A DNA stretch of 62,934 nucleotides, counting the filler, from Choristocarpus tenellus KU-1152 (Eukaryota > Protista > Phaeophyceae), in NCBI GenBank assembly GCA_964200185.2. It is 11 parts of 11 records of this genome, joined end to end, with 100 filler letters (N's around TTAATTAATTAA, not from the genome) between each part and the next. Parts side by side here need not be neighbours in the genome. Positions count along the whole stretch, not along the records: positions 38,807 to 50,887 come from CAXNAD020001987.1; positions 50,988 to 59,279 come from CAXNAD020004888.1; 9 more parts are not named here. The stretch is one strand, 5' to 3'. Positions within the stretch are counted from its first letter, which is position 1. Each line of letters opens with the position of its first letter. Shown here in pieces: positions 41,723 through 51,986 of the stretch. The notes below the pieces were generated by a model. The model was not told where the DNA came from and did no database searches. It saw only the letters and a list, made by a program, of their open reading frames with translations. A program made the translations under genes and the position numbers.

Positions 41723-42220
41723 TAGGAGCGGAGGAATGGGCTGTTTGAGATGCGTGGTTCTTAGTGCATCTGTTTCATGTCGCCTTTTGTTATGTACTGC
41801 AGTAGGTGGTACGTTTTGTGTGTAGTAGTATTATTATTATTTGCGGCTGTTACTCTGTGTACACTGTGTACACTAAAGCTCCAGCGAGGGTGACTGTGCC
41901 TCTGTGAGCTGGAGATGTATGGTGTGCGCAGAGACAGGCTTGTTTTGGTTTTGGTTTTGGCACTGTTGTCGCATCTGTTTTTGTTGTGAAGGTACACCTT
42001 AATTTGGTAATAACTTTGCTGGACGATGTACTCTCGTTTTTTGCTGTGGATGAGAAAACATTTTCGTTGGATTAGTCTAGTCGTGTCCCTGCAGTGCCTC
42101 ATCTACAACCATGCAACAGACACTCAATAGTTGTGCATGGCAGGGATGTGATAGGGAAGGAAGGAGTAATCGTTTTTGAGCCCCTCGCTGAAGATAATCT
42201 TCATGGAGACGTTATGTGGT

Positions 42221-42475
42221 GAGTCAAATTATCTTGGGCTTAGGGTAGAGCCGCATCCGTTTTGCGGGCAAAATCCCAATGTTGCAATTTTGCTGTAATT
42301 TTGACAATCGTTTTTGTTAGGAGATGTCAATATCCTTGTTCCGGGCACACCTTTTCATAACATACACATTTTACCTACTCCGAAACATTTTGGAGTAGGT
42401 AAAATGACATTGAAAACCTGTGGGAAGGCAAGCCCCAAATGGACAAACAGGGAAAAAAATGTACGATTGCCACTC
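42221..42475 (+). mobile_element. MITE family A, degenerate TIRs
   Basis: Internal sequence matches the family closely. Confidence 0.85.
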
Positions 42476-43190
42476 TACTTTTCAGCTATGTTTTTCCTGA
42501 CCCCTGTTATATGGTTATTTTATATATTAATACCTGCTGCACATATTCTTGCTGTGGTAGGTGAGCTTATGCTATTGCTGTATTCATTGCACCATAGTTT
42601 AATGTACACTGCAGATAGGGTTACATGAATTCCACACCACGTTAAAGCGGAGGCACTTCTGACCTGGAACGTTGTATTCAGTGGCCTGTAACCAACAAGT
42701 AGTTTGTTGTTGCCAGTAAGACTATTTATTTTTTTATTTTTTTTGTATATTATGCACGATATGAAAATTGTTTTGAAACGATTTGTTGACTTGAAATGAA
42801 GAGTTAAGACCTTGGTTGGAAATCCATATTTATACTATTACTATATATGCACCATGATAAGTAACCAATGCCACGAACTCTAAGCAAGCTGGTTGTGAAG
42901 AGAGTCACAGGATACTTCATCAAAATGACCAGCTTCTGCTCGGGTCATATTATTACAACCCGACAAAGAATGGAGCCAAAGCAGATCCAAGCTTTTGTTT
43001 GCTACTGTTGTGAGGATGATTCCCTTGGGTTTTATCTACTCGCCTACTGCATATGGCTCTTGTTCTTGCACCGGAATCTTGACAAGCACATTCAAGAAAT
43101 TTCAAGGATGAACCCTCTGGGGGAGGTCCTATTGAGAGGTGGAAGCAAGTCCTTCACTCACTGGTACAAATAGTTCTCATCTTCAAACTT

Positions 43191-43571
43191 TAGTAGGGGT
43201 TATTTGATTTTATTGATTGTATTATTAATATTATTAGTAGGGGTTATTTGATTTTATTGATTGTATTATTATTATTATTAGTAGGGATTATTTGATTTTA
43301 TTGATTGTGTTATTATTATTAGTAGGGGTTATTTGATTTTATTGATTGTGTTATTATTATTAGTAGGGGTTATTTGATTTTATTGATTGTATTATTATTA
43401 TTATTAGTAGGGGTTATTTGATTTTATTGATTGTATTATTATTATTATTAGTAGGGGTTATTTGATTTTATTGATTGTGTTATTATTATTAGTAGGGGTT
43501 ATTTGATTTTATTGATTGTATTATTATTGTTATTAGTAGGGGTTATTTGATTTTATTGATATATTATTATT
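43191..43571 (+). repeat. AT-rich minisatellite, 41-44-bp unit, about 9 copies
   Basis: tagtaggggttatttgattttattgattgtattattattattat repeated. Confidence 0.95.
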
Positions 43572-46512
43572 ATATACATTGATTTTTTCGGTTTGCTAGG
43601 TGCTCCACCTTCAAAAAGTAGAAAAAAAGTGATGGAATAAATATCTGGGTGAGGCTAACTCTGGTTGTTAGTCTTATAGTGATAAATTTGAATATATTTT
43701 GAAGGATTAATGACTGTCATGACCTAGATACAGATTGATTAATGAATGAGTCATCTACAACTCTTTTTCGTCCAAGGAAAAGAGTCTCAAGTACAAGATA
43801 AGATTGAATGTTCAACACGAGCTTCTTTTGTGCATTTCATTGATACTTTCCTAATGCCTGGATCAGAATATGCTTTTCTTCTAAGTCAAACCAGTCATTT
43901 TCTGAATTTTCATTTTTTTCTTGATTTCTTCAGGAGAGTACAAATTTAGCTGCACTAATGCCAGCCATCTTAAACACACCAGACAGACGTCAAAATTGCG
44001 GTCGTTACGAACACATAGAAACCATAATATTTTTGCTGTTTATGGTGTGTGCTTGATACTTCATGTTATCACCCCTTGCACAAGGTTACACCTATTTTAC
44101 CTTTAATAATTTAAAAACAAGAGTTGGAAGTTTTAATATCATGAGGTACTGCTGTATGATAATTTATTTCCTGACTAACCATACGAACATAAGAGACTTG
44201 TTATGGGGATATTATATTTTAGTATGGACAGTAATACATAGTCTTCTTCACCAAAGTGTATGGTGTGTTTTTCGAATAGGAGAAAGTGGTTTTCAAGTTC
44301 AGTGCTTCCACCACAAGTGTATGCTAAGTAGTATTATAGTGACCTTCACCACCACAGTGTACCTGGCACAAGTCATACCTTCTCAATCATTGCATTAGAA
44401 AAAGATGTAGGCACCTCAATTGAAATTTAATATTTCTTGTTAGATATGATGTGGTCAAGTTCCTGTTGCAAGGAAGAAAAAGATTCACTATTTTCTCCTA
44501 ATACTACATTATTGCCTAGAACCAAGCACTGCACAAAAAAATATAAAAGAATATTAATATACTGGAGTAATTTAAGATGTGTAAGAAACAGATATGGCCG
44601 CAAGGTCTGAAAGAGATGTCTCTATACTGTTAATAAGCATGTTCGTCTGAACCAAAACAATCGACAGATCATTGGAAGTTGACTTTGAAGGATCCCAAGA
44701 AAAGACATAAAGATAACAACATTTTGCACAATTACGAACAACCTTTGGCTAACTTTTTGGGGTTGATTTGTGTGTGGAAATAGGGAAAATCGATTTTGTG
44801 TACACTATTGTGGACATAATGCAATGGATATGGAGTGTATTACGCAGATAAGAAAGATGGCGTAGAATGCGGAAGGGCTCAAACCTACCTACCTACCATT
44901 TGGCTTGACTCTCTCGATCTGGATTTTAAGAACTGACCACTCAAGAACAGTTAATGGCGTGCACAGGGCTGGTATGGGAGTAGTGAGTAGGTGTACATAA
45001 GACGAAACGTGCTATTATATCTGGAATTAATTGCTCCTGTTTATTGACCAAGAAGAGACATCCTGAAATATGACACCACGATAATGAATGTCAGCAGTAC
45101 AATGTGGTGCTTAAATATGAAACACCAAGTTTCATGCCAAGAATCGAGGATTGGTGTAATGGTATGCATGTGAAACGTAATGTTTAAATCAATGAAAATA
45201 GTCTTGTGTCACACTGAACCGATGGGATGTACTCAACCTTCAACCTCCCCCACCCTCCCATATTTGAATCCTTCCATTGTGTAATATGGAGTTGGTATTT
45301 GGTGTACTCACTGGATGTAATCATACATTGGAGTACTACGATAATGCCTTAAAGTACAACATTGTAAACATCCACATCCATTCACTTAGGATCAGAGAGA
45401 GGATGAAGTGCAACCTATACTACTTCAAGACACTCCCCTATTGGTTGATTCCTACCACTTAAGGTGAACCAATTCTCTTGTGCATGTTGACTCTTCCTAC
45501 AATGAAACCCAAATGAACTGGTAGGTGGCCAGTGGATCCATCCCTACACATACAGGAAAGTTCAATGGGCAAATTGCGCTGCTTCAAGGATGCATTTCAA
45601 TGCTTTCTCAGAAAAATTGTGGAATAGCAAGAGATGCACAAAGCATGGAATAGGGGGACCCCTATGCCTAGGTATCCGTCTCATGCTGAATACAAACATT
45701 TTTTAGTTGGGAAAACGGATACGTTGGTGGCAATAAGCCCAATAGAATCTAGTCCCTCCTTTTCGATTGGCAGCTCTGGCTGGAGCCTTGAGGGAATTGA
45801 AGAAATTATCATGTCTTTCAATGGTGCAAGGCCAATTATCCTCTTGATCAACATAGTATATATCTCGTAACTTTGTAGAGTGAAGTATGATTGGCAATAG
45901 AGTGAGGGCAGGCGCAACAAGCAACAAAGCCATCCCTGATGAATATCCAAAAGGTGTGATGTATGATGAAGGCTTCTCATCCTTTGCGGACAAAATCTTT
46001 CACAAGTCGGTACAGAATGAATACCTCTACAGAAAAATCAACAAACAAGAGTCACAAGTAGGCAGGGAGAGATGTAAGAGCATACACAGTAGAGCATTTC
46101 CGGGGAAAGGGTCAGAATGATAACAACTTGAACGTCGCTCTAAGTTCAAGATATGTTGTGCAATGGTTGTTAAACAGTACCGTATGGAATTGCTTGGATA
46201 AAACACGAAAACAAGTGTGCACCAATGGCTAGAACAAGGATGCCCACATATTCAGAGGAAGCTAAACCTACCCCCATATTGTTGTTGATGGAGTGTGCGT
46301 TCAACCGTAGAAAGCTTTCAAAATTGACCAAAACACAAACAAACACACACACACACACAACATTGTCATCAATAGTATTGTACTCGTCTTAGTGTATTTG
46401 TCGCCGTCAAAATTCCAGACATTGGTTGGGGTAACCTGCCAACAACAGTTCAACGCAATCCTTCCCTGCTCAATTTCAATGGATTATCATCAATCAATCT
46501 GTAATTATCCGT

Positions 46513-47796
46513 TCAATGTCTCCATTTCTTTGCATGGCCATCTGCTGCATGAGGTTCCACAAACCCTCGAAAAATACTTCCATCAGCACTCCACCTGGCT
46601 CCATAACCACTGATCTCTCTCACCTCAAATACCCCAGTCTCAGTGCTTATTCCAGTGCCCCCAAACGCGTGTGTGTTGACCCAGGTCGCTCCACTCAGGA
46701 TTCGCAATACTGCAACTTCTGCTGCAGTGTTCTTGTCATGCTCTGTGCCACCACCTGCCCCCCACCATCCATCCTTGCCTCGGTGCGAGTGCTTGCAAAG
46801 AGCCCGACCACCAACAGTGAGGCGGCTTCCCATTTCCGGTACCGTAGTTACCACGTCTGATTTAGCAGCAATGATATCAGTGATAGCAGAAGCAGGCACA
46901 ACTCCACTGTGACAGATTCCCGTCATGTTTTGAGCAGGCCGAGAAATGTTGAAAATATGTCCACCATTGACATGACCTCTGCGGTCATGCAACTTGTTTA
47001 GTGCACGTAAAAGGACCCTTCGACAGGGAGGCAAAGCCAATTCAATGCTCCCAGTTGTTCTACGCAGCCCAAGGAGCTCACGTATGCCTTTGGGCCCGAG
47101 CGAGTCGAGGAGGGCTGCAGTATTCCGAAGAAGATATTGCAGACTTGAACTTGACCAAGCAAGGTTTTCTTTCCACGACTGGGGATATTGGTACGATGAA
47201 TCCCCCGAAGCGCTATTGTACTCTGTTCGAGAAGGGTGGGTGATAAGCAGCGCCATGACAAGAAAGGGCTGAATTGGAGAATGATGAGCGGCGCCGTGTG
47301 CACAAATGCAAATGTCCTGGCGAACTGGGGTTGGGGAGTACCTCCTGCAAGGAAAGCGGCCGGTGCACATTTCACAACATCCGTAGAGGACGTTACCTAA
47401 GTTCATATTCTCATGACCGCAGCTGAAAGATAAAACGAGTTCTTGAATGAAGGAGCATATGTCGGCGTCCATTTTGCTGCCGATCCCCACAACCTCCAAT
47501 GAGGTCAAGGTCTGGTCACTGTCAAAATGTTCCCCCTCAGATCTATTTGGCCGTTGTACTACAAAGTTGATCAATGCCAAAGCCAGCGACCAGAAATAGG
47601 GTTGGACAACAAGACCTAAATTAATCCCTGACATCGCTGCAGGATGAGGTCTGAGGGGATCGATGGACCCTCCTGGTTGTAACAACTGCTCGATGAATGT
47701 TGCTGGTAGCGAGGTGGAGTCGTTTTCAAGAACAATTCGAAGCGCCCACGCGACCGCAAATGTAGGTACTTCCTTCGAGTGCGCTCTCATGGCCAT
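46513..47796 (-). CDS. Intronless 427-aa protein related to the plant ASCH-domain family (At2g43465-like), with a toxin-RNase-like C-terminal domain
   Basis: Longest ORF, ATG to stop. Motifs LLDSLGPKGIRELLGLRRTTGS, TVGGRALCKH, WWG, KN, FEVREISGYGARWSADGSIFRGFVEP and GHAKKWRH recalled from the plant family. Confidence 0.85.
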   Translation of the reverse strand: MAMRAHSKEVPTFAVAWALRIVLENDSTSLPATFIEQLLQPGGSIDPLRPHPAAMSGINLGLVVQPYFWSLALALINFVVQRPNRSEGEHFDSDQTLTSLEVVGIGSKMDADICSFIQELVLSFSCGHENMNLGNVLYGCCEMCTGRFPCRRYSPTPVRQDICICAHGAAHHSPIQPFLVMALLITHPSRTEYNSASGDSSYQYPQSWKENLAWSSSSLQYLLRNTAALLDSLGPKGIRELLGLRRTTGSIELALPPCRRVLLRALNKLHDRRGHVNGGHIFNISRPAQNMTGICHSGVVPASAITDIIAAKSDVVTTVPEMGSRLTVGGRALCKHSHRGKDGWWGAGGGTEHDKNTAAEVAVLRILSGATWVNTHAFGGTGISTETGVFEVREISGYGARWSADGSIFRGFVEPHAADGHAKKWRH

Positions 47797-48114
47797 AAGT
47801 TATTGACCAAAGTGGTTCAAATACTTGTAGTCACTGCTACTAAACACTGCTCCATGTAGTTGATGTTTTGGAGTAGGATAGAGATAAGGGTGTTTGAGCA
47901 TCATTATGTGTTTGTGGGTAGAGTTATGATATTATGAATGAAAACTTGAGGATCGAACCCCTCGGCCTCCAAACTTGTTTTCACAAGAATTTGATTCCTA
48001 AAATGTTCTTACATCTCCCAAGTTCAATGGGTTGTTGACGTGTACGATTAATATGGTTTTCTCAATTAGCTAGCTACGTACCCGGTAGGGGGAGAGGGAT
48101 AGGAGGTTATGGCT

Positions 48115-48475
48115 GGAAGGGGGCTGTCAAGTCCCGTCTACGACAGATAGTTTCTATCACAACAACACAGGTGGCCCCACCCAGACGGGACATGCACTTT
48201 AAGCTGGAGACACCAGGGAGATGGGCAAGGAGGGTCTTGTTAGATTCGTGAGATGCCTACCTAGTCCCTCACTCTGGAGTTCAGGACTATGCTAGGAGGC
48301 TAGAGGGACAGAAAGGGAACTGTGTAGCATAAATGGTAGGAAAATAGGCGAATAGATTCATGTTTGTCACATTGACAACTGTTACTTCTTTAGGGTTTAT
48401 TCTGACATGTGAATAGTATTTGTTGATTTTACCCCTGACACATCTGTAAAATGTCAGAGGGCAAATATATTAAAA
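48115..48475 (-). repeat. Dispersed repeat family D (about 350 bp); + copies at 54192-54540 and 56692-56965, short ends at 22668-22708 and 57105-57140
   Basis: Reverse complement aligns with 54192-54540 (catctccctggtgtctccagc, ctatctgt.gtagacggga.ttgacagcccc). Confidence 0.8.
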
Positions 48476-49499
48476 ATTAATAGTATCCTGTTTTGCTTTC
48501 CTCACGATTTCTGGATTGTTACTAATTTTGTTACTATTCCACGCATTCTACTACTCCCCCCTTGTAACACCACTGGCGACCAACCAGTGTGACCACTTAC
48601 AATCACTGATTTCCTGTCACCAACCACTTCCGATGACCAACCAGTGTAACCCCTTTGCCACTGATTTTCAGTCTCCAACATTTTCCACTCCATCCCATCA
48701 TTCAACCCCACTCAACCCCACACCACCTTCACTCCACCACGCCATTCAACGCCACCAACACCACTCCAAGAACACCCCTTCATCATCCACTTCAATACCT
48801 TGCCTTTGGACTAGAAGACATCTTCCCCCCCATAACTTGATCCCCCAGCATCCCAGTGGGTTGTGAGCAATCGAAAGGGTTGATGGGTGGGAAAGATTGC
48901 TTAGAGGTTGCCTTGTTCTAGTCCTGCTTGTCCTGTCCGCCCAACCTCGAGTTTACCTTTTGTTCTGTCCCTTCCCTTCCTACCTCTTCTGCTTCCGAAC
49001 CATCAAGTACTTAACTCTTCGTCCACTTTCTCAATATTTTCCTTTTACCCTACTCAACACTCCAGTCCCCATACATCAACCTTCCCAGAATTCTCCTGCC
49101 CGCAATAATGAATTACTTCATAAACTTCTACTTGTAGTGTGTCACAAAAACGCCAACTGTGAAACAGATGGAAACGGGCTGACAGGTTATTCAGACTGAA
49201 GGGGAGCGGGAAGACCCACAGCAGGAAGGGAATGAAGAGAGACAAGGCAGGAGGGTGAGCAAACCCTCAGAAGATCACGCAGGAAAGAGTAAAACAAGAA
49301 AAAAGTGAATGAGGGGGGTTTGCAAGGTCCCCTCAAACCACCCGGTACGTAAATACTTCAGGCAGATGTATTAACTACAACATGCGAAAGCAGGTGTCAT
49401 ATGAGCAACAGACTTTTGAAGTACATCCTCTCAAGATATGTCACCTTAAAGGTATACCTTAGTTGGAAGATGGCCATCACACAACTACAGTACTGTATA

Positions 49500-50820
49500 C
49501 AGGGGGTGTACCTATATAAGAGATGTCGATATAAGAGAAAACGGGATGTAAGAGAGGGTAAATTGCCTTGTCACGAATTTTCAGGTTACAAGAGAGGTTT
49601 CGGCGTTTTCCTGCCAATTCTCTGTTATATGGAGCAAACTTGCATTTTTTTTCAATACTTGACGGACGGGTTTCCAAAGAGCTATGTCTAAGAAAGTAAG
49701 ACACAACCCTGCTCAAGACCAGCAGTACACAACATAGCAGTCTTTTGTCTCTCAGTATTACACAGCATAGTACATACAGTATATCGCATCAAGTTTAGAC
49801 AACTGTATTGTACAGATATAACGATGCCCCTGCGCAGCAGGATCCAGCTACACATACAGGGTAATACTCCTGGTCCGCCACACTATACATGCCATAAGTG
49901 TCACGTTTGTAGCGGTTATCTTCATGGCATTTGCGGCGTCACGGGTCCTTTTGATGCCAGTGAAATGAAACGCGTGTGCAAATTGTGTGTGAGCCCCACC
50001 AAGCGCAAGGCTTTGAGTCCTCTAGCCAGTGACAACACGGCATCGAAGTGCCACGATAATGAGAACAAGGGCAAGGGAAAGGTGCTGCCAAATATATCTA
50101 CGGATAAAGTCGCGTCTTAGAAACCTCGCAGTGTCAACAACCATAAACGCCTGAGCTGTGCAGAGAAGATGGAAGCGTTGACACTACTTCTGAGTGAAAG
50201 CATCTTAGAGGGTACGAGTTTTGTGCTGTTTGTCCGTTTGAGGCTTGCCTTCTCATGTTTTTTTAAAACTACATTTTCCTACTCCAAATTCTTTTAGAGT
50301 GGGTACAATGTATGTGTTATGAAAAGGTGTGACTGGAACAAGGATATTGACACTTCCTAACAAATACGATAACCAAAATTACATCAAAATCGCAACATTG
50401 GAATTTGTCCCTCAAATGGACGCGGCTCTACCCTCTAAGATGCTTTGGCTCTTTTGAAGACCATTTCAGGAACTGTGGTTGGTCAAAAGTTTGGAATCGG
50501 TCACAGTCTGAGGCTTCCATTGATGCAGTGAGAAGCGTGGATCGGTGTGAAAGACAACGATGAAGTGGCCAATGCGATACTAGAGGGCATGAATGACTAG
50601 CTGTTCGAGAAATCCTTGTACCATTCGGACAATGAAAGCTTGGGTGATGAGCATGACGATGGTTTTATGGGAAGGGGCAGCAGATTGGGGGCCGTGAGGA
50701 AAGGAGCAGCCTCTTCAGTGTTCATGATTCCTACACCGCCATACTCTCAAGTAGCTGATGAGTTTGTAGGCTTAGAAACAACCATCGAAAAGTGCAGCAT
50801 GAACGATGTTTCATACTATT
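49500..50820 (+). mobile_element. Internally deleted pogo/Tigger-like transposon
   Basis: ta|CAGGG terminus with repeated TATAAGAG subterminal motifs. ORF 49824-50120 is Cys/His-rich, followed by the CENP-B/psq-like HTH KRLSCAEKMEALTLL[MITE]LKTISGTVVGQKFGIG. DDE core absent; right end not found. Confidence 0.6.
50192..50451 (-). mobile_element. MITE family A inserted in the pogo HTH; TSD TTCT/TTTT
   Basis: Both TIRs present. Confidence 0.9.
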
Positions 50821-51986
50821 GTGACAGGCGATATGTCTTGATGGGGGTTCATAAACACCATTATGACCTTGAAGTTCTAGATTTGATNNNNNNNNNNNNN
50901 NNNNNNNNNNNNNNNNNNNNNNNNNNNNNNNTTAATTAATTAANNNNNNNNNNNNNNNNNNNNNNNNNNNNNNNNNNNNNNNNNNNNCCCCCCCAGATAC
51001 TTTGGGTCAGAGTTGCTGCAGAGCCACTTAAACTTGGGATAATTTGGGGCTATGGGTTTAAGATGTTGCTGGTTCAATACTTGATATATCTTGGGTTCAA
51101 CTTTAATCGTTTTGGGCCTATGGGATAAAACCTTCTTGGGGCCTATGGGGTAAGATCTCATCCCTTCTTCAACAGTTGCAACTGGGCTTATTTATTCATC
51201 TCAGGTTTGCTCGTTTGTGGGCACCTGGGACATTTTTTTTTTTCTTCGATGTTTTCAACTGTTTTGATTCAACTTAGATATTCGCTTAAGGCTAAGTGAG
51301 TCACATGCTACTTTCATTTTTAACGGTATCTTGATTCAACTTGAGTTTGTTTGGGGCAACGGGTGGGTGGTGAGACACTCCCAAGTACATGCTGTCAATA
51401 GAATGCAATTGTTTATGCTGCTGACGAAAATACACACGTCTGTAAACACTGCCTTGAAGAAGATATTCATTGTCAGCCCTTGCAGAGGTGAAAGGTTGAC
51501 TTTAAATGAAAACGATTAGCATCCTATTTTTTCTTAGTGCTTAATACGAAAACAAATTCTACTTCCCTCAATAGGAACACTGTAAGGACCAGAAAGAAAT
51601 ATTGCCAGCAGTCCTGCATGACGTGTCATCCATAGAAACCAGAGACCCTCAGTGTGGATATGGATGCTTGTGTGTGTGTTTAATTGATGGAGGTGCCATG
51701 GGGCTTATGCGCCCATTTAGTGAAACTGCTTTATTTATCTTCCAGCCCTGGGATTAATATCTCGTTTGCCGACAGGTGTACTGACACCTCCAACAGTTGA
51801 AATTCTGTTCTAACAATGGCGTTCTCCAGTTTTTGGGGTTTCATTCAACGGTTTTGTCACTTCAAATATATTATTAAATATCGGTTCAGTCTCAACAGAG
51901 TGACACAATGTCCAACCCCCTCCCTGCCCCCTTTTGCTCTATACTCCTTCTGGGTTATTCGACAAATGTTCCTGTTTGGCGAGCAG

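Noticed and set aside
43191-43571. Repeat array as a CRISPR-like locus (also 31988-32180)
   Set aside because: Head-to-tail tandem units with no unique spacers, no cas genes, eukaryotic context.
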